A stretch of DNA of 64,000 bases, taken from positions 343 through 64,342 of the forward strand of contig JBGDCZ010000011.1 in the NCBI GenBank assembly GCA_048493715.1. Reading direction: 5' to 3'. The position numbers were made by a program, and so were the translations under genes. Below, in pieces: positions 34,973 through 46,075 of the stretch (its first letter is position 1; each line of letters begins with the position of its first letter). The notes under the pieces are model-generated. The model was not told the DNA's origin and made no database searches. It saw nothing but the letters and a program-made list of their open reading frames with translations. The stretch comes from Arsenophonus endosymbiont of Dermacentor nuttalli. GTDB lineage: Bacteria; Pseudomonadota; Gammaproteobacteria; Enterobacterales; Enterobacteriaceae.

Positions 34973-35298
34973 ATCTGTTTATATAAATAAAATCGACCAA
35001 CACAATCTTAAAAGATCGGATAAAAAAATAATTTGTTCATCACTTAAAAATATCTTTAAAAAATAAAAATATTAAATATTAAGTAATAAAAATATTTTTA
35101 TAATAACTAAATTTTTATATTTAGTCAATATATAATCTTGTAAGAAATTAACATACGTGTATAGTCTTTGACTACTTTTCCATCATATTCAGCCGATCAA
35201 TTCGAAGCTAATACCGATAATTATTAGAATTAGATTTAATAATCAGTGATCCTAACAGCACGACATTAAAACAAAAAGAAGATGTTAATAATAAAATT

Positions 35299-35956
35299 AT
35301 GGGATTACTTAATGAAATTGAAAATTTGTATGATAAATACATTAAATTAAATGAAGATATTACCAGTCCTTTTATGAAAGAGTTACAAATATTAAAAATA
35401 AAGTCTAGTATGGTTACCATAAAATCTGGTGATACTGACGGGGAAAGTTATAGCCTTTCTAAAGAGGTATTTGAAAATAATAATAAATTTTTTGAATCTT
35501 ATTATTGTTCATTGTCAAGAGCCGATCAAGAATTACAGAAAATAAGCGAACATGATAGAAATTATGTTTGGTATTGTTGTCAATATAATTTTGCCCATCA
35601 GCTAGCATATAATAAAATTGCGCCACCTGGGGTAATAAAGATCAGACAGAATTTTATTCAATAGTAAATGAATTAAAAACAAAAAAACTACTGGAAGAAA
35701 CCGTTTTTGCGATAGCCAATGCGTGTAATCCGCTAATTTTTTGTGAAAAATCTTTTGCTGGTGAGGATCCTAAAAACGATATTTTCTTTATTGTACTTAA
35801 AGAACTTAATTAATTTTATAATAATTATTTAGCTACAAAAAAGATATTAGTGATCACCAATTAGCTCAAGATTGCTATGTACTAACAGAAATAAAATCTC
35901 TTTATATACCCGAATCAATAAAACAAGAACCTAAACACATTAACTTAGCTGGTTAA
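35299..35956 (+). pseudogene. Unknown gene of about 220 codons, broken by at least two frameshifts
   Basis: The 121-aa ORF continues in other frames (..DQTEFYSIVNELKTKKLLEETVFAIANACNPLIFCEK.. and ..DISDHQLAQDCYVLTEIKSLYIPE..). I recognise no family. Confidence 0.35.
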
Positions 35957-36158
35957 ATAGATAATTCTAAATACATAACTATCTATCTGCTAGTACTCCA
36001 GGCTTATTCAGCAAAATGAGACAAGATAATTTATTGTAATAAAATAGCAGAAAATATCTTATTCAAAAACTTACTATAAATATTTAATGACTATTTTTAC
36101 ATAAATCATAATTTGCTGCTATTATTTTATTAATATCAAGCAAATTTGGAGTTCTATT

Positions 36159-36477
36159 ATGAAATTGAAAATACTATCTATCACATTAATTGGATTTTTA
36201 CTTCAAGTCCTGTTTTTGCTGTCGAAACAACTGTCAAAAAACAATAAACTCTCAACAAATGAGAATGAAAGATTGCAATATCTAAGCAAAAAAGAAAGCA
36301 TTAACGAGTCAAAAGAGAAAATTTTTTATGACATCATGTCTTAGTAACAAGTCTGCTAAGAAAGGTAATTCTCAGAATGAGAAAATGTAATGCAGCAACA
36401 ACCAAAAAAAATTTAAAAAGAGTGAACGTCAAGTATTTATGAGTAAATGTCAAGAGGTTAATTTAATACAAAAATAA
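36159..36477 (+). pseudogene. psiF: Phosphate starvation-inducible protein PsiF, frameshift plus two in-frame TAA
   Basis: Signal peptide MKLKILSITLIGFLL, then the duplicated PsiF repeat QQMRMKDCN..FMTSCL and NEKMxCxNN..RQVFMSKC in a shifted frame, with TAA stops at conserved positions. Confidence 0.65.
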
Positions 36478-36915
36478 GGCGGCTTTTTTTAGCGGCTATG
36501 TTTCTGAACTATATAACAGTATTTAATTTTCATTTTAATATATCAAATAATTAAAATATAAATAAAATTCTTGAATATTCAAGACTAGATAATAAGATTA
36601 CGTATCTTTTTTAAAAATTAGCCACTTAAAAGCATATAAAAAATAAGAATTAATATTCAAAAAATAATTAATATTTTCTAAACTCAATAGAATTCAAAAT
36701 AATAATAACGTTATACATTTTACTCATACTAATAAAATAATTTAAGATTATATTATCATTACATATCAAAAAAATTTATAAAATAATTTGCTCCATTTAA
36801 CAGAATTTTTCTTATAAAGTCGCTATATTAATTTTTATCTTCATTTCATTTTTACAGACTCATAATTATAGATTGTTTACAGCCATAAAGTTGCTAACTT
36901 AAAGAGATAAATATA

Positions 36916-37460
36916 ATGCATAATGAATGGCAAGAAGTTTTAGATTTTTGGTTTAAAGAATCCACCAATAAACAATGGTTCGAAAAAAACCACAATTTAA
37001 CGCTATCATACGGGATAGATTAAGCATACTACTGAAAAAGCAAGTCGTGGAGAACTTGCACATTGGCGTTGTTCAATAAAAGATAGGTTAGCTGAAATTA
37101 TCGTACTTGATCAATTTTCACGAAATATTTGGCATGATACCGTAAAAGCATTTTCTCAAGATAATATGGCGCTAATGTTAGCTCAAGAAGCTATTAAACA
37201 GCCAGATTATACCAACTTACCCATCACACAGCGTAAATTTATTTTGATGCCATTTATGCATTCAGAATCACCTTTTATTCATCAAAAAGCAGTTCCTCTC
37301 TTTACTGCCTTAAATGATAAAATAACACTTGAATTTAAAATGCGACATAAAGAAATTATTGATCATTTTGGCCGCTATCCACAATAGAAATAAAATTCTT
37401 AATATGGCTTTTACCCTTGAAGAAATATTAGTTTTAAAGAAATCTGGCTCCAGTTTCTAG
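36916..37460 (+). pseudogene. DUF924 family protein, multiply frameshifted
   Basis: MHNEWQEVLDFWF.., LAEIIVLDQFSRNIW, FILMPFMHSES.., HKEIIDHFGRYPxRN..L in different frames match the DUF924 pattern. Confidence 0.65.
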
Positions 37461-37463
37461 TCT

Positions 37464-37496
37464 AAAAAAATGAGTATATGTTTTGTGCATATACTC
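37464..37496 (-). terminator. Rho-independent terminator at the end of the dms-type operon
   Basis: On the minus strand, GAGTATATG-7 nt-CATATACTC is a perfect 9-bp stem followed by T7, 9 nt after the dmsD stop. Confidence 0.65.
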
Positions 37497-37504
37497 TATT
37501 ACGC

Positions 37505-38106
37505 TTATTCAATAAAACAATGGTATTTTGCAAATTGTAAATTAAGCGGTTGTTGAACAGTTTTTAAATATTCTTCTGCAATAACCACAATATTTCGATA
37601 AAAAATGTGCTCTAACTTTGTCATTTGTATTAAAGATAAATAACGATATGCCCAAGGCAATAAATGCTTCTCTATTAATTCAATTGCTATATTTTCTCTA
37701 TTTTTTTCCAATAAATAAACCACTGCTAATAACATAAGCCCAAACTGATCAGCCGATTCATTCTGATCACTATATATAGAGAGAGTGTAAAGATAGAAAG
37801 CGCTGATATGCTTAAGTTGAGCTTTCCATAACGATTTTTTCTGAGTCTAAATAGACAGATCCCCAAGGAGGAACTGGCATATTTCTTTGTCCTTCAAATA
37901 AAATATAAAAATCATAAATTAATAATCTAAAATCTTGCTTTGCTATTTCTTTTGTTAGCTTCTCAATTTTCTGTATATCTATCTCGCCATGGAAATAACT
38001 CAACAAAAAAATGCATTAAAAGAATTAATGACTTTACTGAGGGTGAATCAGGCGGATAATAAAAACATGCCTCGAGAATACGCAAAATTGAAGTATTTAA
38101 TAGCAT
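37505..38106 (-). pseudogene. dmsD: Tat proofreading chaperone DmsD/YnfI, disrupted
   Basis: Fragments ILEACFYYPPDS, LFEGQRNMPVPPWGSVYLDSE, and HLLPWAYRYL..EHIFYR lie in three frames, in the order of E. coli DmsD. Confidence 0.75.
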
Positions 38107-38160
38107 AAAATTTATTTTCCAAACAATAATAATATGCAGTTCACTTCCATAAAAAGCAGC

Positions 38161-38989
38161 TCATAAAAAGTAACAGTAACAAAAAATTACTCTGCAAATA
38201 TACTTTTGCAGAGTAAATAATAAAACATAGTTTACATAGTAACTTTGCCATAAATTATGGAAAGCTATGCGACCGGATAGTTCTGCTAAAAAAACAATAA
38301 CTGCACAAACAATTAAAGTCGTTCGCGGCACATTATCTTTTAAAATTACAGCTGCCATTACAAATAATGCTAAACCAAGTAAACGAGCTGTATGCCCCAA
38401 AATCCCGTTTGCTCCATCGCTTTTGAGTTAAGTAAACTGATACAATCGAATTTAGTAGCCAAAATTACCAGTGCACCAATAATAAAAAACAGAGCTCCCA
38501 GTTTGGGTGCTCCTATTTTATTGTCGCTAATGCTTCACTACCGATAAAACAAGTCATCCACATTTGTAACGTAGTAATGCGTATGCCAATTATCTACTGT
38601 ATCAATATAATGTACTTGTGGAACTGACCAGACAAAAACTATACCAGCAATAACCACCGCTAAATTACAAATTTGTTGCAGTTTAGTAAACTTTTTTAAA
38701 AATGATAAAAATACCGTACCTACAGCCAATACCATAAAAATACTGCTAAAAAAGCTTCATTACTCATTGGTAAACGACCAATCCCTAGGAGTATATAAAA
38801 AAACACAATGGTTACCCAACATGCAAATTACCAATAACTAATCCCCAAAACATTACTACAGTGGCGAATAGATTGGCATTAAGCAGTTGATTTTTATTAA
38901 TCAGGCTAAGTTTCCTACTCAAATAAACAATCAAAAATAGTCCTGCCACTAATTGACCCAATACGGTAAAAAAACCAGGGGAAGCTCAT
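38161..38989 (-). pseudogene. dmsC: DMSO reductase-type membrane anchor subunit DmsC/YnfH, disrupted
   Basis: Hydrophobic fragments (FFTVLGQLVAGLFLIV.., VWSVPQVHYIDTVDNWHT.., LLGLALFVMAAV..LAELSGRIAF) sit between dmsB and dmsD, with many stops and frameshifts. Confidence 0.65.
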
Positions 38990-39602
38990 GCATATTTAAC
39001 CTCCGCGAGATTTTGTAATTTGCCTGTCTGATCACTAAATGGTTTAGCGTCTTTATGCGGTTTAATCACAATATTAGGTTGAGTTAAAGTAGGATCTGGC
39101 ATTGGTGCAATACCATTTTCATGCCCATGTAGTTCACGTAATAACAAAATTTCACCAAAATCTAGCGCTCGTTGGGGATATGAATCAACACAAACAGGTT
39201 TCATGCCTTTGGCAACTCGTTGATAACAGCCATCGCATTTACTCATTAACTTTTTACTTGCATCAAATTGGGGAGTTCCATAAGAGCAACGAAGCTCACA
39301 ATAACGACAACCGACACAGACATCCTGATTGACTACCACTAAAACATCTTCTTGCCGTTCATGCATAGCACCCGTTGGACAACCTGCCTAGCAAGTAGGT
39401 GAATCACAATGATTACAAGCAATTGATAAATAATAGTTATAAATATTTTGTTGCCAAATACCATCCTGTTGTTGCCAACTACCGCCACCATATTCATAAA
39501 CCCGCCGAAACTTAGCGCCTAATTTTAGATCTTTTTCATCTTTGTAACTAACCTGGCAAGTTTTACAACCGGTACACTTAGCGGAGTCAAAGAAAAAAAC
39601 AT
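38986..39602 (-). pseudogene. dmsB: DMSO reductase-type 4Fe-4S subunit DmsB/YnfG, disrupted
   Basis: FFFDSAKCTGCKTCQVSYKD..ACNHCDSPTC-TAG-AGCPTGAMHERQ..CVGCRYC..KCDGCY. The ATG at 39602 is out of frame across an A7 run. There is an in-frame TAG at 39388-39390, and a cluster Cys is replaced (CVDSYP instead of CVESCP). Confidence 0.85.
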
Positions 39603-39609
39603 TACTTTA

Positions 39610-42027
39610 TTAATCAAATACTTGATTAAATTTAACTTCAACTAAATCGGTATGTTGTGGAGTACCCTTAGCAAAGGGAGAAGGATGTAATGAAGTTAAG
39701 GTATTAATACAACCACCTACATCGATCCCTTGCTTATTAACATTACACCAAGCTCCCTGAGGAACAGCAATCACCCCCAGGTAAAACTCGATTGGTAACT
39801 TTAGTTTTGATATATACGCCCACGATCATTATAAATTTTAGCAATATCCCCCTGTTTCAGATCCCTCATCTTAGCATCAATTGGATTGATCCAAAATTGA
39901 TGAGGAATAGCTTCACGTAACATAGAAACACTATAATAGCTTGAATGGACATGACCTTTATTATAAAACCCGGTCATCTGTAAAGGATATTTCTTTTTGC
40001 TGTCCACATTTTCAACGCCTTCTCGATTAGCGTAATATTCAGGTATAGAGGGAATACGATCACCGTCAGATAATTGCCACTCTTGCACGATTTTATTGAA
40101 TTGTTCCGAATAAATTTCAATTTTTCCCGATGGCGTTTTTAGTGGATATTTATCTGGATCGAGACGAAAATCTTTAAGCGTAATTTGTTGATCACTATCT
40201 GCTAATCGACGATCAATAATCCCCTGATCATTAGTTTGTGTAAAAGGTGGTAAATGCGGCATTAATTCACGGGTTTTATTATAACAGTGTTCAATCCACT
40301 GTTGATAAGTACGACCTTCGGTAAATTCCGCCACAACCCCCAATTTTTCCGCAATTTCAGCTAACACATCATAACACGGCCGATTTTGCCATGAATAGTT
40401 TAATAGCCTGTTCAAACGCACCAAATAGTGATAGAAACCACTGGCATAAGAGTTATTAATTAAATCATCTGCTTCCACCAGTGTAACATCTGGCAGCAAT
40501 AAATCCGCATATTTGGCTGAAGCCGTATTATGATTATCCCATACTAAGATAAACTCACATTCTGATTCATCAGTAAGAATTTGATGAGTTTTATTTAAAT
40601 CAGCATGCTGATTACCAATAACATTACTGGAATAGCACCACAAAAATTTGACGCCGATATCTAATTTATCTTTACCTCTGTGCCGGCATTTTTTGCTGTT
40701 AGCTCAGGCCCTCAAACAATCGTTTCACTCCACATAAATGTTGGTATTGTGGTTTTTACTGGATTAGGCAACGAAAAACTGGCAACCGGATAAGTAATGC
40801 TTCCTCTCCAAAGTCCAGTATTAACCTGGACGACCAATATGACCACTCATCAACGGTAGCATCATAATTGAACGACAGGCTTGTTCACATTCACCGTACG
40901 TTGCAAACCCCACCCTTGTGAGATCTAAGCAGCTTTAGTGTTAGCAATTTCACGGGCTAATTGAATGATACACTGACTTGAAATACCCGTCAGGCTGCTT
41001 GCCTATTCAGGTGTTTTAAATACCATCTGGCCCATTACCCAAAATATAATCTTTGTATGCAGCATTAGGCAATGCTGATGGAGGTAAGGTTCAGCCAACA
41101 CAATATTTTGCTAAAAAAGCTTCGTCTGTTAGTTGTTTCCTTGATCATGACATAACCAAATAACCAAGCGCCGCAACTAACACCGCGTCGGTGCCTGGAT
41201 AAATCGGAATCCATTCAGCACCTAATGTCGTAACACTATCTGTACTACGGAGAATAATAATGACTTTGGCTTGACTCTTTTGTAGTGCATTTAAAGTTTC
41301 ATAAAATTGACCTCCGCCAGACGTACACGTTTCGGCTAAATTATGACCAAACATCACCACTAAATCAGAATTAGCAATTTCATTTAATAAACTTTCTTCA
41401 GCGCTGCCATAAACATAAGGGGTAATTTCTGTTAATTGGGCATAAGAATAAGTACCATAATCCTCCAGAAAACCACCAATAAGCGTTAATAAACGTTTGC
41501 AAGCTGTACGGCCGTGTAAATTTGCTCCCGTTGAGCCGGTACTATATTAATAATAGATAGCTTCATTACCATATTTCTCAATAGGTTCCTTTAATTTTTG
41601 CGCGATATGGTTGTTGCTTCATCCCAGCTAATTTTTTGAACTTACCTTCACCTCGCTTACCTACCCGTACCATGGGATATTTTAGTCGATCAAGATTATA
41701 GGTTTTCCAACACACTGATCTGCCACGCAAGCAAGGCCTAATTTGATGTTCGCCAAATTTGGCATCATCATAGAAGGTTTCATTTGAAATACGTTGAATG
41801 ACATTATCTTTCACATGTACTTTGAGTGGACAACGACTACCGCAATTAACTAAGCAAGCACTGTATTTGATTATTTCATCTAGCATAATACCTGTCGATT
41901 TAGCCTGAGCAGAAAAAGGAAGTGTGACGCTTCCAGCAATGGCTGCAACACTGGCAATTGTCGCTGAAGTCTGTAAAAACTGTCGTCGATTCATTTGCGT
42001 AAAGTGTGTTGCTTTCTTTTTAGTCAT
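39610..42027 (-). pseudogene. dmsA: Molybdopterin DMSO reductase-type catalytic subunit DmsA/YnfE/F, heavily disrupted
   Basis: Tat signal MNRRQFLQTSATIASVAA..AQA, N-terminal Cys cluster CLVNCGSRCPLKVHV, and fragments 41360-41145 and 40643-39801 collinear with E. coli DmsA. There are numerous frameshifts between them. Confidence 0.85.
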
Positions 42028-42103
42028 TGACATTAACCAATAGTAAAATAACAACAAATTATCGTTATTGTTTTATGTTAAAAAAATAATGACAAAATAG
42101 ATT

Positions 42104-42117
42104 ATGATTTAAATCAA
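42104..42117. promoter_or_regulatory. FNR-like box upstream of the dead dms operon
   Basis: ATGAT-TTAA-ATCAA matches 9/10 of TTGAT-N4-ATCAA, centred about 83 nt upstream of the dmsA ATG. Confidence 0.45.
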
Positions 42118-42333
42118 TTAAGGGTAATTATGAAATTTTCAGTGATATGCCATAAATTGCGAATAAAAACTTTAAAATTATTAAATTTTAATCGATTAAC
42201 TAACCGCTAAAAGCGATTTTTTTCAATAACAAAGCACTATCTGATCCACTTTTAATTACTCAAACTACTTTCTTTAAAAAAGTCAGACTTAATAGATATA
42301 TTTAACGTAAAAAATTGATGAGACTAGCAGACT

Positions 42334-43409
42334 ATGTCCAGCAAAATATTAATAACCAGTTATAACAATAGTGGCTTTGGTGGTATGGAAACCGTTTGTC
42401 ATGATTTTATTATGTTATTAAAAACACGACGGCCAGATATAACCGTAAGCTTTGTCTTTTTTAATGATAAACAAACCCAACTAATAATGATTGGTTAGAT
42501 AACATACACACGACTATATTTTAGTATTAGAAACGGCAAGCTACGTCGTATTCATTATGCTTTACAGCTGCGACAACTACTTATAGAGCAAAAAATTAAC
42601 GCAATTATCGCCTTGGATTCGATTGCCTGCTATAACTCAAATATCAGTAGAAAACTTTTTCTTAGCTAGAAAAATCCCACTAATTCCCTGGCCGCATTTT
42701 TCCATTAGCGGAAGCTATAAAAAAGAATATATTTTAAAAGCTGATTACTATTACGCAATCAGTTCAGGTATAACGAAACAATTAATTGCTCTTGGAGTCA
42801 ATAAAAGTAATATTTTTACCTTATTTAATCTAATAAAAAACACGATGTTGTCATCCAGTGGCCTAAAGGTAAAACCACTTTTCTCTATTTGTCGAATATT
42901 CTTTGATGGACAAAAACAACTTGCTTTTCTATTTATTAGTCTAGCAAATGTCACTGGTGATTGGCAGCTGAATATTGTCGGCAGTGGTGAAGAAAAAGAG
43001 ATCTATTAATTAATAGCAGCTAGCTAAGAAACTAAATATTGAAGAAAAAATTAGCTGGTATGGCTGGAAGCCAGATTCATGGTTTTATATACCTAATCAT
43101 ATCAAAACAGTTTCGGCCCTCCTACCTAACTTCCAGCCTTGAAGGACTCGGTATGGTTCTTCTTGAAGCTATATCCTATGCATTTACGCGATAAGTTCAA
43201 ATTACCTAACAGGGCCAGAAGACATCATTAAAAATGACATTAATGGAAAATTATTTCCCGTTAATGATATGCCTTGTTTTGTTGATATATTACAAGGTAT
43301 TGTTAATAATAAAACCTTATACATGCAGACTAGCATAAAAAATTCTATCTTAGACTTTTATGAAGCTAGTTACATTGACAGAGTTAATTTATCCCTAAAA
43401 AAATTCTAA
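42334..43409 (+). pseudogene. WaaB-like LPS 1,6-galactosyltransferase (GT4), disrupted
   Basis: SGFGGMETV.., IPWPHFSI..KADYYYAISSGITKQLIALGV.., FDGQKQ.., NIVGSGEE.., LLTSSLEGLGMVLLEA-like pieces are collinear with Salmonella/E. coli WaaB across several frames and stops. Confidence 0.75.
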
Positions 43410-43423
43410 CGTGATATAATTTA

Positions 43424-43451
43424 GTGGATTAAATATTCTTATTTAATCCAC
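43424..43451. terminator. Perfect 12-bp-stem hairpin between convergent glycosyltransferase genes
   Basis: GTGGATTAAATA-TTCT-TATTTAATCCAC. There is no strong U-tract on either strand. Confidence 0.4.
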
Positions 43452-43499
43452 ATTATAAATAAAATTTGGTTGTAACATCATTAAAAGAATATAAAAATG

Positions 43500-44300
43500 C
43501 TATTTATACCAAAAAATTAACGAACGAAAAAAACGCCTAACCTGTAGAAAAATAAAAGCCAAAGCAGACTCAATCTTACCTCTCTCTCTTCTTTTGTTCT
43601 TAATACTATACTTTCTTCTATCAGCTTCCAAATTGCTATTTTCAACAGTTACAATCGGATGTTTTATAATTTCAGCTAAATAATATCCTCTAACCGCCTT
43701 TTTTTTATACAATAATCCCCATGAATCAGCGACAAAGAATTTCTTTGAAAACTCAGAGATTATTTTTTCACAAGTGGTACGATGAATTAAGTAACAACAG
43801 GCGCGAAAAATTTTATCCGGACTGTAGGTTAATAACCGAAATGTAACATTAGCTATGGTTATTTTATTAAAAAAACTTAACGAAATTCGTTTTCTTGAAC
43901 TAAGTCCTTCTTGACCACCCAGCAGATAAACATAATTTTTTTTTAGTAAATCACTTTTACCCTGTTCTAGCACTTTAATTAAAGGTGATAATTTTTTATC
44001 AATGATAATATCATCCTCAAGAATCAACGCCCATTCAATATCGTTGGTTATAATATATTGATAAATAGATTGATGACTGAAACTACAAGCAACCTCATTC
44101 ATACTGCTTGCTTCAACAAAAGATTGGGCAGAATATGGTGGCCTTAACCAAGGCATATCGTGTTGAGTTAATTTAGCCCCTTCAACGGCATCGACTATCG
44201 TAAAAGGTAAAGCTTGTGAAGACAATGCATGACTAATTTGTAATCTTCTATTTATATCCTTTTTCAATGAGACAATAAAAATAGGGCAAGACTTATTCAT
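43500..44300 (-). CDS. Glycosyltransferase family 25 (Lic2B/LgtB/LpsA-type LOS glycosyltransferase)
   Basis: 266 aa from ATG 44300: IFIVSLKKDINRRLQI..FTIVDAVEG..ACSFSHQSIY..LILEDDI. Appears intact. Contains A9 (43936-43944) and A8 (43699-43706) coding-strand homopolymers. Confidence 0.75.
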   Translation of the reverse strand: MNKSCPIFIVSLKKDINRRLQISHALSSQALPFTIVDAVEGAKLTQHDMPWLRPPYSAQSFVEASSMNEVACSFSHQSIYQYIITNDIEWALILEDDIIIDKKLSPLIKVLEQGKSDLLKKNYVYLLGGQEGLSSRKRISLSFFNKITIANVTFRLLTYSPDKIFRACCYLIHRTTCEKIISEFSKKFFVADSWGLLYKKKAVRGYYLAEIIKHPIVTVENSNLEADRRKYSIKNKRRERGKIESALAFIFLQVRRFFRSLIFWYK

Positions 44301-44533
44301 TTGTGCCACCAAAAAATTTACATTTAATAATAAATTAACATAAATTATAACTATTTAGATTTATTTTTACTACATTCTAAACTTTACACTAGAAAAGCGT
44401 TTTATTTTATACGCTATCCTTGAAAGCAAAATAGAATAAAATAATTATAAAAACATAATATTTTTTATTATATTAATATTAGATTTTAAAAATTACCTCT
44501 TTTATGACGTAAATCTACTGCAATAAAATTTAA

Positions 44534-44557
44534 TAGCTAAAATTATTAGCTAAAATT
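44534..44557. repeat. Direct repeat TAGCTAAAATT-AT-TAGCTAAAATT in the divergent GT25/GT8 intergenic region
   Basis: Two exact 11-mers with a 13-bp period. Confidence 0.8.
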
Positions 44558-44957
44558 TAACTAATGTGTTGAAAAAATATCATAATTGCCTAAAAGTAAT
44601 ATATTAACTATACATCATATTCACTAATTATTTGATATGACGCAAAAAAATTAACGCTCGTTTCAATGAGTTTGTGATTGTATTTAATCCAAAAATAATA
44701 ATTGATTCATTTAATATGAGAAAAAATTTCTGACCAAACAATCAACAAATAACTATTAGAAATAACATATAACTACGACAAAAATTATGTTTATTTTCAA
44801 TATGATATAATTTTTTGTTCATTCTAAAAATATAATGATTATTAATAAATCTTTATAAAGTATAATAGTTTTAACAATGGTTTTTTCATTCCACTAACGC
44901 TAAAATCAGATAACATTTAAGATAAAATTAATGCAAGCTTTGCCAAAAGGAAACTTA

Positions 44958-45962
44958 ATGTATTTTAATAGTAAGGAGATCATACTGAAAAGTTATAAGT
45001 TTTCATCTGCAGATGAAAAAAATTGCCATTTTCATATTGCCTACGGTGCAGATATGAATTTTTCCCTTGGTACAGCGATTTCCATATGTTCAATTTTACA
45101 TTTTAATAAAAATTATATCTTTCACTTTTATATCTTCACGGATACGATTTCTGAGTCCGAACTTAAAAAATATGATGAACTAACAAAATTATATAATACA
45201 AAAATAACAATATTACTCATCGATACGCTACAGCTAAAAAAATTACCCACAAATAAGTTATGGTCTTATGCAATCTATTTTCGTTTCATCATTGCCAATT
45301 ATTTTTACCACAAAATAAATAAAGTTTTATATTTAGATTCAGACATTATTTGCGCTGGCGATATATCAGAATTATTCACTATCGATTTAAGCCAACATAT
45401 TATTGCAGCTGTCGCTGATCGAAATGAATATTTATGGCAAAAACGCGCTGAAATGCTAGCAACGCCGGGAATAGCTAATGGCTATTTTAATTCAGGTGTT
45501 ATGTTGATCAATACAGACAAATGGCATGAAAATAAGGTAACAGAGAAAACAATAAATATATTACTTGACGAAAAATCAAAGGCAAAATTTATATTTTATG
45601 ATCAGGATGCATTGAATATATCACTGGTAAATCATGTCTTATTTCTAGACAAAAAGTTTAATACCCAATTTAGTATTAATTATGAATTAAAAAATAAACC
45701 ATTATTCCCTATCATTGATAATGTAAAATTTATCCATTATATTGGTCCAACCAAACCATGGAATAATTGGTCTGAATACCCTAGTATTCAATTATTTATA
45801 ACAATAAAAACAAAATCCCCTTGGAAAGCTACTCCTCTTATTGCAGCATCAACGCCTAATCAATATAGATATGCTGCTAAGCACATGTTTAATAAGAAGA
45901 AATATATTAAATGGCTATTAAATTATCTCTATTATTTTATTACTAAAGTCTTATCTAAATAA
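44958..45962 (+). CDS. Glycosyltransferase family 8 (WaaI/WaaJ/LgtC-type LPS alpha-glycosyltransferase)
   Basis: HIAYGADMNF..WSYAIYFRFIIANYF..VLYLDSDIIC (DxD)..GYFNSGVMLIN..YDQDALN..HYIGPTKPW. The ORF is open from 44931, but ATG 44958 has the better Shine-Dalgarno (AAGGAAA). Confidence 0.8.
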   Translation: MYFNSKEIILKSYKFSSADEKNCHFHIAYGADMNFSLGTAISICSILHFNKNYIFHFYIFTDTISESELKKYDELTKLYNTKITILLIDTLQLKKLPTNKLWSYAIYFRFIIANYFYHKINKVLYLDSDIICAGDISELFTIDLSQHIIAAVADRNEYLWQKRAEMLATPGIANGYFNSGVMLINTDKWHENKVTEKTINILLDEKSKAKFIFYDQDALNISLVNHVLFLDKKFNTQFSINYELKNKPLFPIIDNVKFIHYIGPTKPWNNWSEYPSIQLFITIKTKSPWKATPLIAASTPNQYRYAAKHMFNKKKYIKWLLNYLYYFITKVLSK

Positions 45963-46075
45963 CAAAATTGCGCCCGCTAAAAACCATAAAAATGGATAAA
46001 TTCTGTTTGCAAATAACTAATGAATGATCCATTTTTAATAATTAAATTTTAAATTAGCTAAATATAGAAAATATA

